Assembly: GCA_029855935.1 (NCBI GenBank)
Contig: JAGSHN010000012.1
Location: 64,001 to 128,000, forward strand
Source: Candidatus Thorarchaeota archaeon
Lineage (GTDB): Archaea; Asgardarchaeota; Thorarchaeia; Thorarchaeales; Thorarchaeaceae
DNA length: 64,000 bases
Direction: 5' to 3'
Shown here: positions 29,754 to 39,411 of the stretch, piece by piece
Layout: the number at the start of each line of letters is the position of its first letter
How positions within the stretch are numbered: the first letter of the stretch is position 1
Notes under the pieces: generated by a model
The model's input: the letters and a program-made list of their open reading frames with translations, nothing else
Databases searched by the model: none
Told to the model about the DNA's origin: nothing
Position numbers and translations under genes: made by a program

Positions 29754-30494
29754 CTACCCGGTCAGTCTCAGAAGATCCGCGATGTGGTCAATGATGATGA
29801 CCGATGGATCTAATTCCTGCGGACTGACATCCGACTCGCACCACGTTATTAGCACTGGTTGCATCCCAGCTCGTTGTGCGGCCACCACGTCGTCATCCAC
29901 GCGATTGCCGACGTAGAGGCACTTGGAGGGGATCACACCAATCTTGTTGGCCACCTTGTTCAGGAGGAATGGCGAGGGCTTTCTGAGGCCCGGCACATTG
30001 GAGTACTCGATGGCGTCGAAGAGGTGGAGTATTCCGTCGTTCCTCAGCATTCTTGCTGGATCAGTGAAACGGTTTGATGCAATGCCCAGTTTCAGGCCTC
30101 TTCTCCGCAGCTCAATGAGAGTCTCGTGACAGCCATCTATGAGACTGGGTCGTTGTCGAGCGAGAAGATCGTCCCACTTAGCCTGATACTCTCGTGCCAG
30201 CCTATCGAGGTTCTCCGTGACTCCGAGGGCCATGAGAAACCGCTTGTCGTATTCGAGCCAGATGTCGTCTGTCGGTCGCCAGTGCTGTCCGACTTGATTG
30301 TCCACCATGTACTTGTCCAGCCACTGGCCTGCCGACTGCATCAATATGGCGACGAGCTCGTCGTAGCTGCGCCCCTCGTGAGTTGTGATGCCGAGCTCTG
30401 TGAGGAAATCGACACGCAGGTCGTGCGCTGGTCTGTAGAGTGTCCCACCAAGGTCAAAGATGATCGCCTTCACAGATGCGTGTTTCTGTGGCAT
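29754..30494 (-). CDS. HAD-superfamily hydrolase
   Basis: FDLGGTL, IASN, RKPSP, YVGNRVDDDV. Confidence 0.92.
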   Translation of the reverse strand: MPQKHASVKAIIFDLGGTLYRPAHDLRVDFLTELGITTHEGRSYDELVAILMQSAGQWLDKYMVDNQVGQHWRPTDDIWLEYDKRFLMALGVTENLDRLAREYQAKWDDLLARQRPSLIDGCHETLIELRRRGLKLGIASNRFTDPARMLRNDGILHLFDAIEYSNVPGLRKPSPFLLNKVANKIGVIPSKCLYVGNRVDDDVVAAQRAGMQPVLITWCESDVSPQELDPSVIIIDHIADLLRLTG

Positions 30495-30565
30495 GACAAG
30501 GCTCCTGTGACGTTACTACAACTCAACTCTTTTTAGTACTACCCGGCTCTCCTCACCTGTTTCAC

Positions 30566-31723
30566 ATGCCCCCCACCGAGGACCTGTTGAAGTCAGTCGA
30601 GGAGCACCTTGAGGCTCACCCCAACGATGCTGCTGCTTGGAATGTGAGGGGCGTTCTTCTCGCTCAGATGAAACGTTTTGGCGAGGCGCTGCGCGCACTC
30701 GATCAGGCTGTCCGGCTCGACCCACAGCTGCGTGATGCGCACGTAAACCGTGGCAGGGTTCTTCTCGCTCTTGGTCCCAAGAGGGCCGAGGAGGCGCTGC
30801 GGTCCTTTGACCGGGCCTTGGCCATCGCACCCGAGGATGTCGAGGTTCTTCGTGACAAGGCAATGGCACTGAGGATGCTCGGCCGGTCGGCTGATGAGCT
30901 TGGATGTCTGCATCGGATGGCTGAGCACAACCCGGATGACAAGGGACTGTGGCTGCGTATTGGTGATCTCCATCTTGAGCTGGGGGAGTTTGCGGAGGGC
31001 GTGAAGAGTTATGACCGGGCGCTGGAGCTCGACCCAGAGCTGGTGCCCGCACTGATTCATCGTGCCATAGCACTCTCGCTCTCCAAACAGTGGTCGAGGG
31101 CTGTCAAGTCGGCAGAGCGGGCAACAAAGATTGCTCCTGATAATCCTGAGGCGTGGCTTGTCCTCGGCGATGTCAATCTGCGTGCTGAGAGGTACAAGGC
31201 AGCCACAAAGGCGTTGAAGCGTGCTGCCCAGCTTCGTCCTGAGGACCCCTCGATTGAGAACACGCTCGGTCTTGTTGCGTTCAAGTCCGGTCACTTGAAT
31301 GACGCTCTGACCCACTTCCGGCGCGCAGTTTCCCTGAAGAGGGACCACAAGTCAGCACTCAAGAATCTGGCACTCATCCATATGGAACTCGGGGAGTGGG
31401 ACCGTGCTCGGGATGCGTGGTTGCAGTTCATCAGAGTGGAGAAGAGCGATCCTCGAGCGTGGGACGCCTATGCCACCACCTGCGCGCGGCTGAACGATTT
31501 CTGTACAGCTCACGAGGCTTGGGAGCGTGCGAGGAAGATTCTCAAGCGAATGGGTGAGGACGCCGAGGCTGAGCGCATTGCAACGCTGGCTCGTGCGGCA
31601 AGAACGAACTGCTCCCGGCTCAAGAAGGCCGCTCGTGCCGAGAGAGAACGCGAGAGGGTGCGCCGCGCGCATCGTGACCCGCGTGACGCGTGGCGCAGGA
31701 TTCGCGAGAAGAAACGGAAATAG
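30566..31723 (+). CDS. Tetratricopeptide-repeat protein with basic C-terminal tail
   Basis: Multiple 34-aa TPR units (AWNVRG...A...DP), Arg/Lys-rich end. Confidence 0.92.
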   Translation: MPPTEDLLKSVEEHLEAHPNDAAAWNVRGVLLAQMKRFGEALRALDQAVRLDPQLRDAHVNRGRVLLALGPKRAEEALRSFDRALAIAPEDVEVLRDKAMALRMLGRSADELGCLHRMAEHNPDDKGLWLRIGDLHLELGEFAEGVKSYDRALELDPELVPALIHRAIALSLSKQWSRAVKSAERATKIAPDNPEAWLVLGDVNLRAERYKAATKALKRAAQLRPEDPSIENTLGLVAFKSGHLNDALTHFRRAVSLKRDHKSALKNLALIHMELGEWDRARDAWLQFIRVEKSDPRAWDAYATTCARLNDFCTAHEAWERARKILKRMGEDAEAERIATLARAARTNCSRLKKAARAERERERVRRAHRDPRDAWRRIREKKRK

Positions 31724-31773
31724 TTCGATGAGTGTCCTCATTCTTGGTCACGGTGCCCCGGCCACTATTGTGT

Positions 31774-32901
31774 CTATGTCACAACGCGTGGCGGAGCGAA
31801 TTGACGGAGCCTCTTGAGTGCCACCACTCTATCTCTGCGTCCAAGCTTGGCCTCCTCAAGTGCCTGTCTGAGGAACACGATGGCCTCATCGTAGTTCTTG
31901 CGAGGGACGGGGAATGGCACTCCATCCTTTCCTCCGAAGGCAAAGGTCATTCGTACGGGGTCCGACCACGACGGAGGCTCACCGTATATCATCTCCGATA
32001 TCAGAGCCAGCCCGCGCACGGTCGCCGGACCAATCCCCTCGACTCGGAGAAGTTCTTCGTATCCACGTGGCTCGATCTCATACGCGCGACGCACTGCGTT
32101 CCAGTTCATCCGACGCGGCAGTACCTTATAGGCAGGCACCTGCAGTGTCCTTCCGTCAGGCTCAATCCAGTCCAAGAGAGTCGACTGTCCGTAGGGTCTG
32201 AGATTCTCAAACATCCGACGCAGGCGTGGCACGCCCTCTTTGACAAGGTCGACGGACGTGTCCCTACAACTGCTTGAGCTGCCAGCCGTCATGTCAAGAA
32301 CATGTTCCTCGACCTTACCGGATATCATTCCCGAGTGCGGCTCCTCGACTATGTTGTCGACATGCTCAGAACACCAGTGATATCGTCTGGCATCACCGCT
32401 CTTGTCATTCATCCCCTGCTGAACAACGGTCCAGTCCCCATCAGCGTCCACGAAGAAGACGTGCTGGTACAGGGAGTATCCGTCCTGAACTGCTGCATTG
32501 TCCACCTTCGCCACCATGCGGCTCGTGTCCGCCAGCTGAGCCCCATCGAGACCGAAGTCCTCTAGGGCTCTCAGCTGTTCCGGCACCCTCAGAGATGCCC
32601 TTCCTTTGCCCCCGACCGCAACCACGCCGTGCGTTTCAAAGGAGAGCACAGACTTGAGCACACCGCATGTGACGGTGGTCGAGCCTGAGCTGTCCCAGTC
32701 GTAGCCCAGCACATTTGACAGCGCCTGAAAGTACACGGGGTCCGCAAGCCTTCTGAGAAGTTCTGTTGTCCCGTACTCGTCGACGATGAACTCGCATATG
32801 GCTGACGCCATGGGCATCATTCGCTTGACGAGCCAGTGTGGAGCCCTCCCGGGATGAAGCCTGAGATCGGCAACTCCGGACCTTCTCATCTGTACCAACA
32901 T
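31774..32901 (-). CDS. DUF763 family protein
   Basis: ADLRLHPGRAP, DWDSSGSTT, KVDNAAVQDGY, VVQQGMN, HhH GIGPATVR, GGKDGVPFPV. Confidence 0.9.
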   Translation of the reverse strand: MLVQMRRSGVADLRLHPGRAPHWLVKRMMPMASAICEFIVDEYGTTELLRRLADPVYFQALSNVLGYDWDSSGSTTVTCGVLKSVLSFETHGVVAVGGKGRASLRVPEQLRALEDFGLDGAQLADTSRMVAKVDNAAVQDGYSLYQHVFFVDADGDWTVVQQGMNDKSGDARRYHWCSEHVDNIVEEPHSGMISGKVEEHVLDMTAGSSSSCRDTSVDLVKEGVPRLRRMFENLRPYGQSTLLDWIEPDGRTLQVPAYKVLPRRMNWNAVRRAYEIEPRGYEELLRVEGIGPATVRGLALISEMIYGEPPSWSDPVRMTFAFGGKDGVPFPVPRKNYDEAIVFLRQALEEAKLGRRDRVVALKRLRQFAPPRVVT

Positions 32902-33006
32902 GTCCCCTCTGCCCGCGAAGAGAGATAAGCATAACAGGTCGCCGAAACTATTGAATCAGGCCTTGGGTCTCGGACCAAGGACAATGGTCTTCGTCCTTAC
33001 GATGTT

Positions 33007-33576
33007 TCACTCGTCTCGACTGTTCTGTGTTTCGCTAGCCTGTTCTCCCTCGTGAGAGAGGAACTTCCTGTAGTATGTGAACATAGTGTACACTAGGGAC
33101 AGTGACACCACTAAGAACGAGAGCAGCGCCACATTGAAGATGACATTGATTGCCTGTGGCACATCTCTAAAGACCTTGATGACCCAACTATCGCCATCCA
33201 TCGTCCCATTGACTGCCAGATGGGTGTCACCAGTTGCATAGACATGAACTCTGGTCAAGGCTGTGGCAACTGCCTCCTGATTGGCACTTGATGCGTCGAC
33301 TAGGTACCTGCAAGAATATAGTGTGCCGTTGAAGTATATCGACACATTAGCCTCAACAGTCGCAAAGGACTGACTGCGTTCTGTGACCACTATGTCTATC
33401 CAGTAGTCGTGACCGCGCTCCAAGAGATATGTCAGGGAGATCTGCGGACTTGCCCCCTCCTCAGTATGGATGACGTACAGATCTCTTGCGCTATAGGTGA
33501 GCAGCGAGGTCCCAGCGAGGGTGACAACGATGACTATCTGCAAGACTATGACCTTTTGCCATTGCTTCTTGTTCAT
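33007..33576 (-). CDS. Hypothetical membrane protein (N- and C-terminal TM, extracellular beta domain)
   Basis: Two hydrophobic segments flanking a domain with NxS/T sequons. Confidence 0.7.
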   Translation of the reverse strand: MNKKQWQKVIVLQIVIVVTLAGTSLLTYSARDLYVIHTEEGASPQISLTYLLERGHDYWIDIVVTERSQSFATVEANVSIYFNGTLYSCRYLVDASSANQEAVATALTRVHVYATGDTHLAVNGTMDGDSWVIKVFRDVPQAINVIFNVALLSFLVVSLSLVYTMFTYYRKFLSHEGEQASETQNSRDE

Positions 33577-33811
33577 TACATCTCCGTCCGGCTTCATCCC
33601 ATTCCTGCGCACCGCGTGATCGCGGTGGCCTCAACACGCTATCTGATGCGGACTCTGATATTACTTTCTGCAACTGGGACGCTGTGGTCCGACTATCGAC
33701 GCCAGAGTGAGTGAGGTCCTCCGCGAGAGAGAATGGATATTGTACAGCTGGCAAGCCTTTTATTTCGGAGGTCGATGTAAATGTGAGATTTCTCACACCG
33801 AGTGATGAATC

Positions 33812-34351
33812 ATGTCTTTCAGTGCTGAGTGGGACCGGGCAGTCAGCTATGAGGAATTCCTGGAGTCGGCCCGAGAGAATGTCGAACTGATGAGAGCACG
33901 GTTCAACGACCTACTCATCAAAGAGGAGGAGGCCGAGACTCTCAAGACACTGCAGAACGACATCTACGTGCTGGTGATAGGCACCGACCGATGCTACGAC
34001 ACGGCTGGGAATCTGCCGGTCCTTGCAAGGATGGCCTCACTCTCCCCGAAGATTCATCTCCGGGTGCTGGACAGTGATAAGAACGCCGAGTTTCATCAGT
34101 TGTTCAAGGTGAACGGGAAGAGAAAGACTCCCGTGGTCCTCTTTCTGAACTCGCAGTTCGAGGAACTATGTCGCTGGATCGAGCGTCCGAATGCCGCCTA
34201 CAAGCTCATCAACGAGAAGACGAACCCCTCGCTGGAGGAGCGAAGAGCGCGTCTCAAACAATTGTACAGCGACCCGGAGATTCTCCGACAGAGTATGAGC
34301 GAGTTTCTCCGTCTCTTCCTACGTGCTGACTTCATTCTCGGGCGGCACTGA
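33812..34351 (+). CDS. Thioredoxin-fold protein (Thioredoxin_9-like)
   Basis: VLVIGTDRCYDTAGNLPVL, NGKRKTPVVLF, WIERP. Confidence 0.8.
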   Translation: MSFSAEWDRAVSYEEFLESARENVELMRARFNDLLIKEEEAETLKTLQNDIYVLVIGTDRCYDTAGNLPVLARMASLSPKIHLRVLDSDKNAEFHQLFKVNGKRKTPVVLFLNSQFEELCRWIERPNAAYKLINEKTNPSLEERRARLKQLYSDPEILRQSMSEFLRLFLRADFILGRH

Positions 34352-34352
34352 G

Positions 34353-35012
34353 ATGGACGACCTGCGCAGGGCCGACTGGTCCGGGCAGCAGCAGATCTCC
34401 GGACTCGCGTCATCGTACAGAGCACGTTATGGAGAGCCCGTATGGCGGGTCCTGCTCTCGCTCCTCGACAGGAGGCGATATCGCCGTGTGATAGATCTGG
34501 GCTGTGGTCCCGGCCTGTTCCTCGCCGATGCGGCACAGCGTCTTGGTGCAGAGATGCTAGTTGGACTGGACGCGAGTGTCGAGATGCTGGAAACAGCAAG
34601 ACAGGTCCTCTCACGGATGGCTCCGGAACAAGATGTGATGCTGGTCTGTCATGACCTCGACGCAGGCCCCCTTCCACTCAGAGATGCCCACCTTGACCTT
34701 GTCTTCTCAGGCTATCTTCTCCACGAGCTTGACCGACCCGAGATGACACTCCGCTCGGTGAGCTCGGTCTTGGTTGATGGAGGCCTCTGTGTATCTCTTG
34801 ACTATGTGTCAGGCAATGAGGAGAGTTTTGTGAAGGCAATGGTCGCTCTCGGAATGGATGAGGGACGCGCTCGAAGTCGATATCCACACATGTGTAGTCG
34901 AAGTGCGGCGGACATAGTGCATCTCTTTGAGGCTGCAGGGCTTACTGACATTCGTCACGTGATGGTCAATGGTCACAGAGCTATAGTTTTAGGCACAAAC
35001 GGTTCTCACTGA
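34353..35012 (+). CDS. Class I SAM-dependent methyltransferase
   Basis: VIDLGCGPG, GLDASVEML, DLVFSGYLLHEL. Confidence 0.9.
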   Translation: MDDLRRADWSGQQQISGLASSYRARYGEPVWRVLLSLLDRRRYRRVIDLGCGPGLFLADAAQRLGAEMLVGLDASVEMLETARQVLSRMAPEQDVMLVCHDLDAGPLPLRDAHLDLVFSGYLLHELDRPEMTLRSVSSVLVDGGLCVSLDYVSGNEESFVKAMVALGMDEGRARSRYPHMCSRSAADIVHLFEAAGLTDIRHVMVNGHRAIVLGTNGSH

Positions 35013-35018
35013 CGTTGG

Positions 35019-35228
35019 ATGTTGGTGACGCGCGTGTCCCCGGATCGTCGACACTCCCCTTGGGCATATGAGGAACACGAGCTGCATTGCCCAAAGTGTG
35101 GTAGCACTCGTGTGGTGCGTGACCTGAACCGGTGGGCTCTTGCACGTGGTGTCCAGCTCTTCAAGTGTGCTGCGTGCGGAAAACGCTTCTACATTCGCGG
35201 AGTCGATGACTACAGGCCCACATATTAG
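35019..35228 (+). CDS. Small Zn-ribbon protein
   Basis: CPKCGS...FKCAACGKRFY; start uncertain. Confidence 0.7.
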   Translation: MLVTRVSPDRRHSPWAYEEHELHCPKCGSTRVVRDLNRWALARGVQLFKCAACGKRFYIRGVDDYRPTY

Positions 35229-35265
35229 GGCTGGTTGTGACTGATGTCTGAGGGAGGTCCTGCCT

Positions 35266-36408
35266 CTGTACCCGGAGAGACGTTTCCTAAGATACCCTTT
35301 CTCGGCGCAGGCACGAAAGGCCACACGCGAGCAGGCCCGTGACGTACGCTCGCTGATAGAGATGCTCTCCGACCCGAGTAACGAGTACATAATTGCAGAG
35401 GCGGAACGCCGGATAATCGCGGCTCTTGACCAAGAGCCAATCCCACTGGTTGACAACCGTGACCGTCGTGATTTCCTCATCTATCCAACTGCTCGTCTTA
35501 TTGTTGAGAGGATTGGGAACCAGCGTCTGAGGGAGTATCAGGCCGAGGCAGAGTCGAAGGCCGTGAACGCCCATCTCTCGGATGAGGTTGACACGGAGTT
35601 CGTTGTCCATATGTGCACCGAGTCCTTTGGGTGGGACGTGCGCATCGTGGGATCGGAGCACGAGAAAGACAGGCTTCCAATTCCTCTTCGACTGTACAAT
35701 CTGAGAATGCGATTCGAGAACTATCTCGAGGTGGCTCCGCAGTTCCATCAGTCGTCGTGGAAGCTCGTCAATCGTCCTCTCGACCGTGGATGGGTCCCAA
35801 TACGACGTTCCGAACTGGACCGCCTGATCTCCGGGAAGTTTCGTCAGATCATTGTCCAGTCAACACTGGAGGTCCCGACTCTTCTCCCCGCAAGGCTGAC
35901 GGAGGCTGTTCAGCGCATAGAGAGCGAGCTTGGGTCCAAGATCCGGCGTACCGCACCTCTTGAGATAAGTGAGACGAGCACGAGCGCATTCCCACCGTGC
36001 ATTGCGCAGATGCACAGCGATGCCTTGGCGGGAAAGAACCTTCCTCACGAGGCCCGATTCGCCCTTGCAGCCTTCCTCCTCAACATCGGGATGAGCACGG
36101 ACGAGGTCATGAGAGTGTTCAGTGCGTCGCCAGACTTTGTTCAAGACCTCGCGCGTTATCAGGTCGAACATATAGCGGGGCAGCGTCGTGGTGCGGCCTC
36201 TCGGGAGGGCGGATACACGGCCCCGGGTTGCAGAAAGATGCAGGGCAATGGCCTCTGTCCTGTGTATCTCGGTTCCGCCTTTGATCCCTTGTGCGAGTAC
36301 GTGCTTCACCCGTTGCAGTTCTACGAAACGCGGGCCTGGGAGATTGCACACGGAATAACGAGCCGTACCTGGTACGGTCGCAAGAGACAGAAGAAGCAAC
36401 ACTTCTGA
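35266..36408 (+). CDS. priL: DNA primase large subunit (probable CTG start)
   Basis: FPPCI, LPHEARFALAAFL, YQVEHI, PGCRKMQGNGLC, HPLQFY; in-frame RYPF motif upstream of ATG 35362. Confidence 0.9.
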   Translation: MYPERRFLRYPFSAQARKATREQARDVRSLIEMLSDPSNEYIIAEAERRIIAALDQEPIPLVDNRDRRDFLIYPTARLIVERIGNQRLREYQAEAESKAVNAHLSDEVDTEFVVHMCTESFGWDVRIVGSEHEKDRLPIPLRLYNLRMRFENYLEVAPQFHQSSWKLVNRPLDRGWVPIRRSELDRLISGKFRQIIVQSTLEVPTLLPARLTEAVQRIESELGSKIRRTAPLEISETSTSAFPPCIAQMHSDALAGKNLPHEARFALAAFLLNIGMSTDEVMRVFSASPDFVQDLARYQVEHIAGQRRGAASREGGYTAPGCRKMQGNGLCPVYLGSAFDPLCEYVLHPLQFYETRAWEIAHGITSRTWYGRKRQKKQHF

Positions 36409-36414
36409 GCCCGC

Positions 36415-37260
36415 TCAGGATGGCCTTGCTGTGCTTCGGGTATAGTAGTACAGGTACTCCTGAGCATATCCTGCGTATCGGCCGAAGTACTCCCTCGCAG
36501 CCTTGGACTTTTTGGCGTACGACTTGCCGCTCTCAGTGAAGATGTCATAGTGTCTCTGAATCACGCGTTCAATCCACACGTCTATCGGAAATGACTCCAA
36601 GAATCCGAGGGAGAAGAGGCATACACAGTCGGCGACCTTATCGCCCACACCGTGCAACGTCTTGAGTTCGTGATGCGCCTCCTCGTAGCTCAGTCGTCTG
36701 AGTTTGCGTTCGGTAACAAGGCCCTCGTCAATCGCCTTGGCAGTACGGACTATGAACTCAGCACGCCAGTCCAGACCGAGTGACCGTAGGTCGTTCACGT
36801 CGGCCCTTGCGAGAACATCGGGACCGGGCATACCGTGATACCTCTGGCCGTGAAACTCGTATGCCGGGCCGTACCCCTCCCTGATCCTCTGAGCAACTCT
36901 CTGGATGGATGGTATGTTGTTCCGTATCGAACAGATAAAGGTCACCAGACAGGGGAAGAACGGATCGGAGACTATTCTCAGACCGGGTGCGAACGCGATT
37001 GCCTCTCTCATCACATCGTCCTTAGCAATCTCTGTCTGGATGTCTCGCAACGGGTCATCGAGCCTGAACAGTCTTCTCACACTAGCAGCGTCGACCTCTT
37101 CCGAGGCCTCATAGAGGAGCCTGTCGCCCTGCTGTTCGACATATATCACCTGTCCCAGATCCGTGCAGAGATACCCATCTCCGTGGCGTGTCCAGCAGAA
37201 GGTCTGGCCACACTCAAGGGTGTCGCGCAGGCTGAAGTCCCTCACCGTAATCTCCTGCAT
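36415..37260 (-). CDS. 8-oxoguanine DNA glycosylase (OGG1/OGG_N, HhH-GPD)
   Basis: FSLRDTLECGQTF, GLRI, GVGDKVADCVCLFSL, FPIDVW, YAGYAQEYLY; start 37260 or 37284. Confidence 0.92.
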   Translation of the reverse strand: MQEITVRDFSLRDTLECGQTFCWTRHGDGYLCTDLGQVIYVEQQGDRLLYEASEEVDAASVRRLFRLDDPLRDIQTEIAKDDVMREAIAFAPGLRIVSDPFFPCLVTFICSIRNNIPSIQRVAQRIREGYGPAYEFHGQRYHGMPGPDVLARADVNDLRSLGLDWRAEFIVRTAKAIDEGLVTERKLRRLSYEEAHHELKTLHGVGDKVADCVCLFSLGFLESFPIDVWIERVIQRHYDIFTESGKSYAKKSKAAREYFGRYAGYAQEYLYYYTRSTARPS

Positions 37261-37298
37261 AGCCCCCACTGCTCCTCCTGACAAGGCTATCTCTACTA

Positions 37299-39392
37299 CT
37301 ACTCTCCTGCGCTCTCGTCAACACCCCGTGAGCCTCTGAGGTAGGCCCTGCGCTTCAGATAGACGAACACAGCGAGCAGTGCCACGATAGTTGTCACGGA
37401 AACGGGTGCGACACTGTCCACCCAGTGCCTGTGGGGATTCCAGTCCCAGTTGTCAGGTATGAGGTCGCCATCGGTGTCGGTGCTGGTGGGCGACATATAG
37501 TGATACACTTCGAATGCGTCAGTCCATCCATCGCCGTCCGTGTCCACAGAGAGAGGGTTGATGTGGTTGAGAATCTCGAACAGGTCGTCGAGCCCATCAC
37601 CGTCAGTATCGATCGATGTCGCGTTCAGTCCCGTGGCTATCTCAAAGGCGTCATCGAGTCCGTCGCCATCGGTGTCAGCAGATAGAGGATTGGAGTGGTA
37701 GACGTAGATCTCCTCATAGTCACTGATACCATCACCATCGGTGTCCGTCAGTATTGGTGATGTGCCGAGTGCTGCCTCCTCGCCATCGGTGATGTTGTCT
37801 CCGTCAGAGTCCTGCAGCACCAGACTTGACCCCCACTTGTATTCATCCGAGTCGAGGGCACCATCGTGGTCCGAGTCCCTCTCACGTGGGTCGCTGCCAA
37901 TCGCTATCTCAAAGTCGTCCTCGAGTCCGTCCGCGTCAGAATCAAGCCGGTAGGGATCGAGCCCATTGTCCACCTCATAGGTGTCACTGAGTCCGTCCCC
38001 GTCCGCATCATCGAGGCACGTGACATTGGTGTGCGCCACAATCTCATCCGGCCCGAGGTTACTGATGACAAGTCTGTACTGGCCCGGCGAGTTGGCGAGG
38101 TACTTGAGATTGATGAGGCCGTCGTTCTCTGTTCTCTCGTAGACAGTCCTGCCCGTCGATACACTGACAATCCTTGCATAGACTGTTGCATTGTTCTGCC
38201 ACGTCACAGTCGCATTGACAAAGCCATCAACGCTCACAACGAATCCGAGATCCGCTGTGCCGTTCACGGGGAGTACGCGTGACCTCCAGAAGGATAGGAT
38301 ATCACCATCACCTGCTCTTCCGAGCAGCATAATGGCACCTGCTGCGGAGGCCACGGCCTCTCTTGCCTTTACAAAACTGTAGTAGAGCTCGTCCGCATCG
38401 TCGTCTATGCCCCCGCTGAGGCTGTCATAGAAGTATCCCTGAGAGGCATAGACGGCCGAGGTATTCCTGTTCCAGAGTTCCCAAGCGAGAGAGTGTTCCG
38501 AATATCCCCTGTCCATCGCGCTGTGCACCATTCCTGCACCGACATCGGCCGACATGACAATCATGAGGTCAGGAATCCAGCTGGTCCTCTGATAGATGTT
38601 GGACTCCAAGCGCGACCTGAGAAGCACCTGAGTACCGTATGGGAACTGGCTCCTGTGAAAGAGCAACCGGTCATACGATATCGCCGTCAGTATCTCCGTC
38701 CCCTGCCCGTCGAGCATCTGGACAAACTCCGCTGCTCCCGGGTCGTGGTCATAACCTGCCCTACCCGTACTGCTGAGGACATAATAGACATCGCAATGCA
38801 GTGAGAGATTGACCAGAATCCTTGCGGTCTCCAACACTGCTGCGACGCTGACTCCAACGTCGTTAGCACCAGGTGTATCATACCGACTGTCGAGTATACC
38901 TGTGACAAGGACCGCTGGTCGCGGCGACGGCCCGATCCCGGTCTGTACTGCGTATAGTGTCTGGTACTGGCCCGTGGTCCCGAACCAGAGTCTACCTTGG
39001 GTGAGGGCATTGAGCGTCGTGTTGACCCATTGTTGGGCCGCTGAGAGCATTGTTGATGGCCTGTCATGCTTGATGTCCCAGGTCCGTGACCCGTACGTCG
39101 AGGCGAGGGTATCGGTGAGATCGTGCATGGAGGTTTCCGAGGAGACATTCCAGATATCCTCCCACAGTGCTGTCACGTTGATGAACGATGCTCCTGCACC
39201 GGCAAGGTGTCCTGTCCACGCTTTCTGTGGGCTCCCCTTTGTATCGGTCATATAGTATCGATCTACATTCTTTGTGGTGTTTCCGAGCGACATCGCCATA
39301 GTCGCACCCAGAATGGTGACAAGTACAACAGCGACTACGACTATGTGATGGGGACGCGAAACAACTTGTCGTGAATCGTACTCGTCGCGCAA
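37299..39392 (-). CDS. Surface protein: degenerate M28-like head, beta domain, 9 Ca-binding DxDxD repeats, C-terminal TM
   Basis: N-terminal hydrophobic segment, VTGILDS...PGANDVGVSVAAVLETAR, 22-aa DTDGDG repeats, TM followed by KRR. Confidence 0.85.
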   Translation of the reverse strand: MRDEYDSRQVVSRPHHIVVVAVVLVTILGATMAMSLGNTTKNVDRYYMTDTKGSPQKAWTGHLAGAGASFINVTALWEDIWNVSSETSMHDLTDTLASTYGSRTWDIKHDRPSTMLSAAQQWVNTTLNALTQGRLWFGTTGQYQTLYAVQTGIGPSPRPAVLVTGILDSRYDTPGANDVGVSVAAVLETARILVNLSLHCDVYYVLSSTGRAGYDHDPGAAEFVQMLDGQGTEILTAISYDRLLFHRSQFPYGTQVLLRSRLESNIYQRTSWIPDLMIVMSADVGAGMVHSAMDRGYSEHSLAWELWNRNTSAVYASQGYFYDSLSGGIDDDADELYYSFVKAREAVASAAGAIMLLGRAGDGDILSFWRSRVLPVNGTADLGFVVSVDGFVNATVTWQNNATVYARIVSVSTGRTVYERTENDGLINLKYLANSPGQYRLVISNLGPDEIVAHTNVTCLDDADGDGLSDTYEVDNGLDPYRLDSDADGLEDDFEIAIGSDPRERDSDHDGALDSDEYKWGSSLVLQDSDGDNITDGEEAALGTSPILTDTDGDGISDYEEIYVYHSNPLSADTDGDGLDDAFEIATGLNATSIDTDGDGLDDLFEILNHINPLSVDTDGDGWTDAFEVYHYMSPTSTDTDGDLIPDNWDWNPHRHWVDSVAPVSVTTIVALLAVFVYLKRRAYLRGSRGVDESAGE
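37434..38009 (-). repeat. Nine ~22-aa TSP3-like Ca-binding repeats
   Basis: DxDxDxxxDxxE motif at 22-23 aa period, counted manually. Confidence 0.9.
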
Positions 39393-39411
39393 CTGTCTGT
39401 CCTCCCGCGGC

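Noticed and set aside
35244-35342. Out-of-frame ATG ORF implying a priL frameshift
   Set aside because: The RYPF motif is already in the priL frame with a well-spaced SD and CTG, so no frameshift is needed
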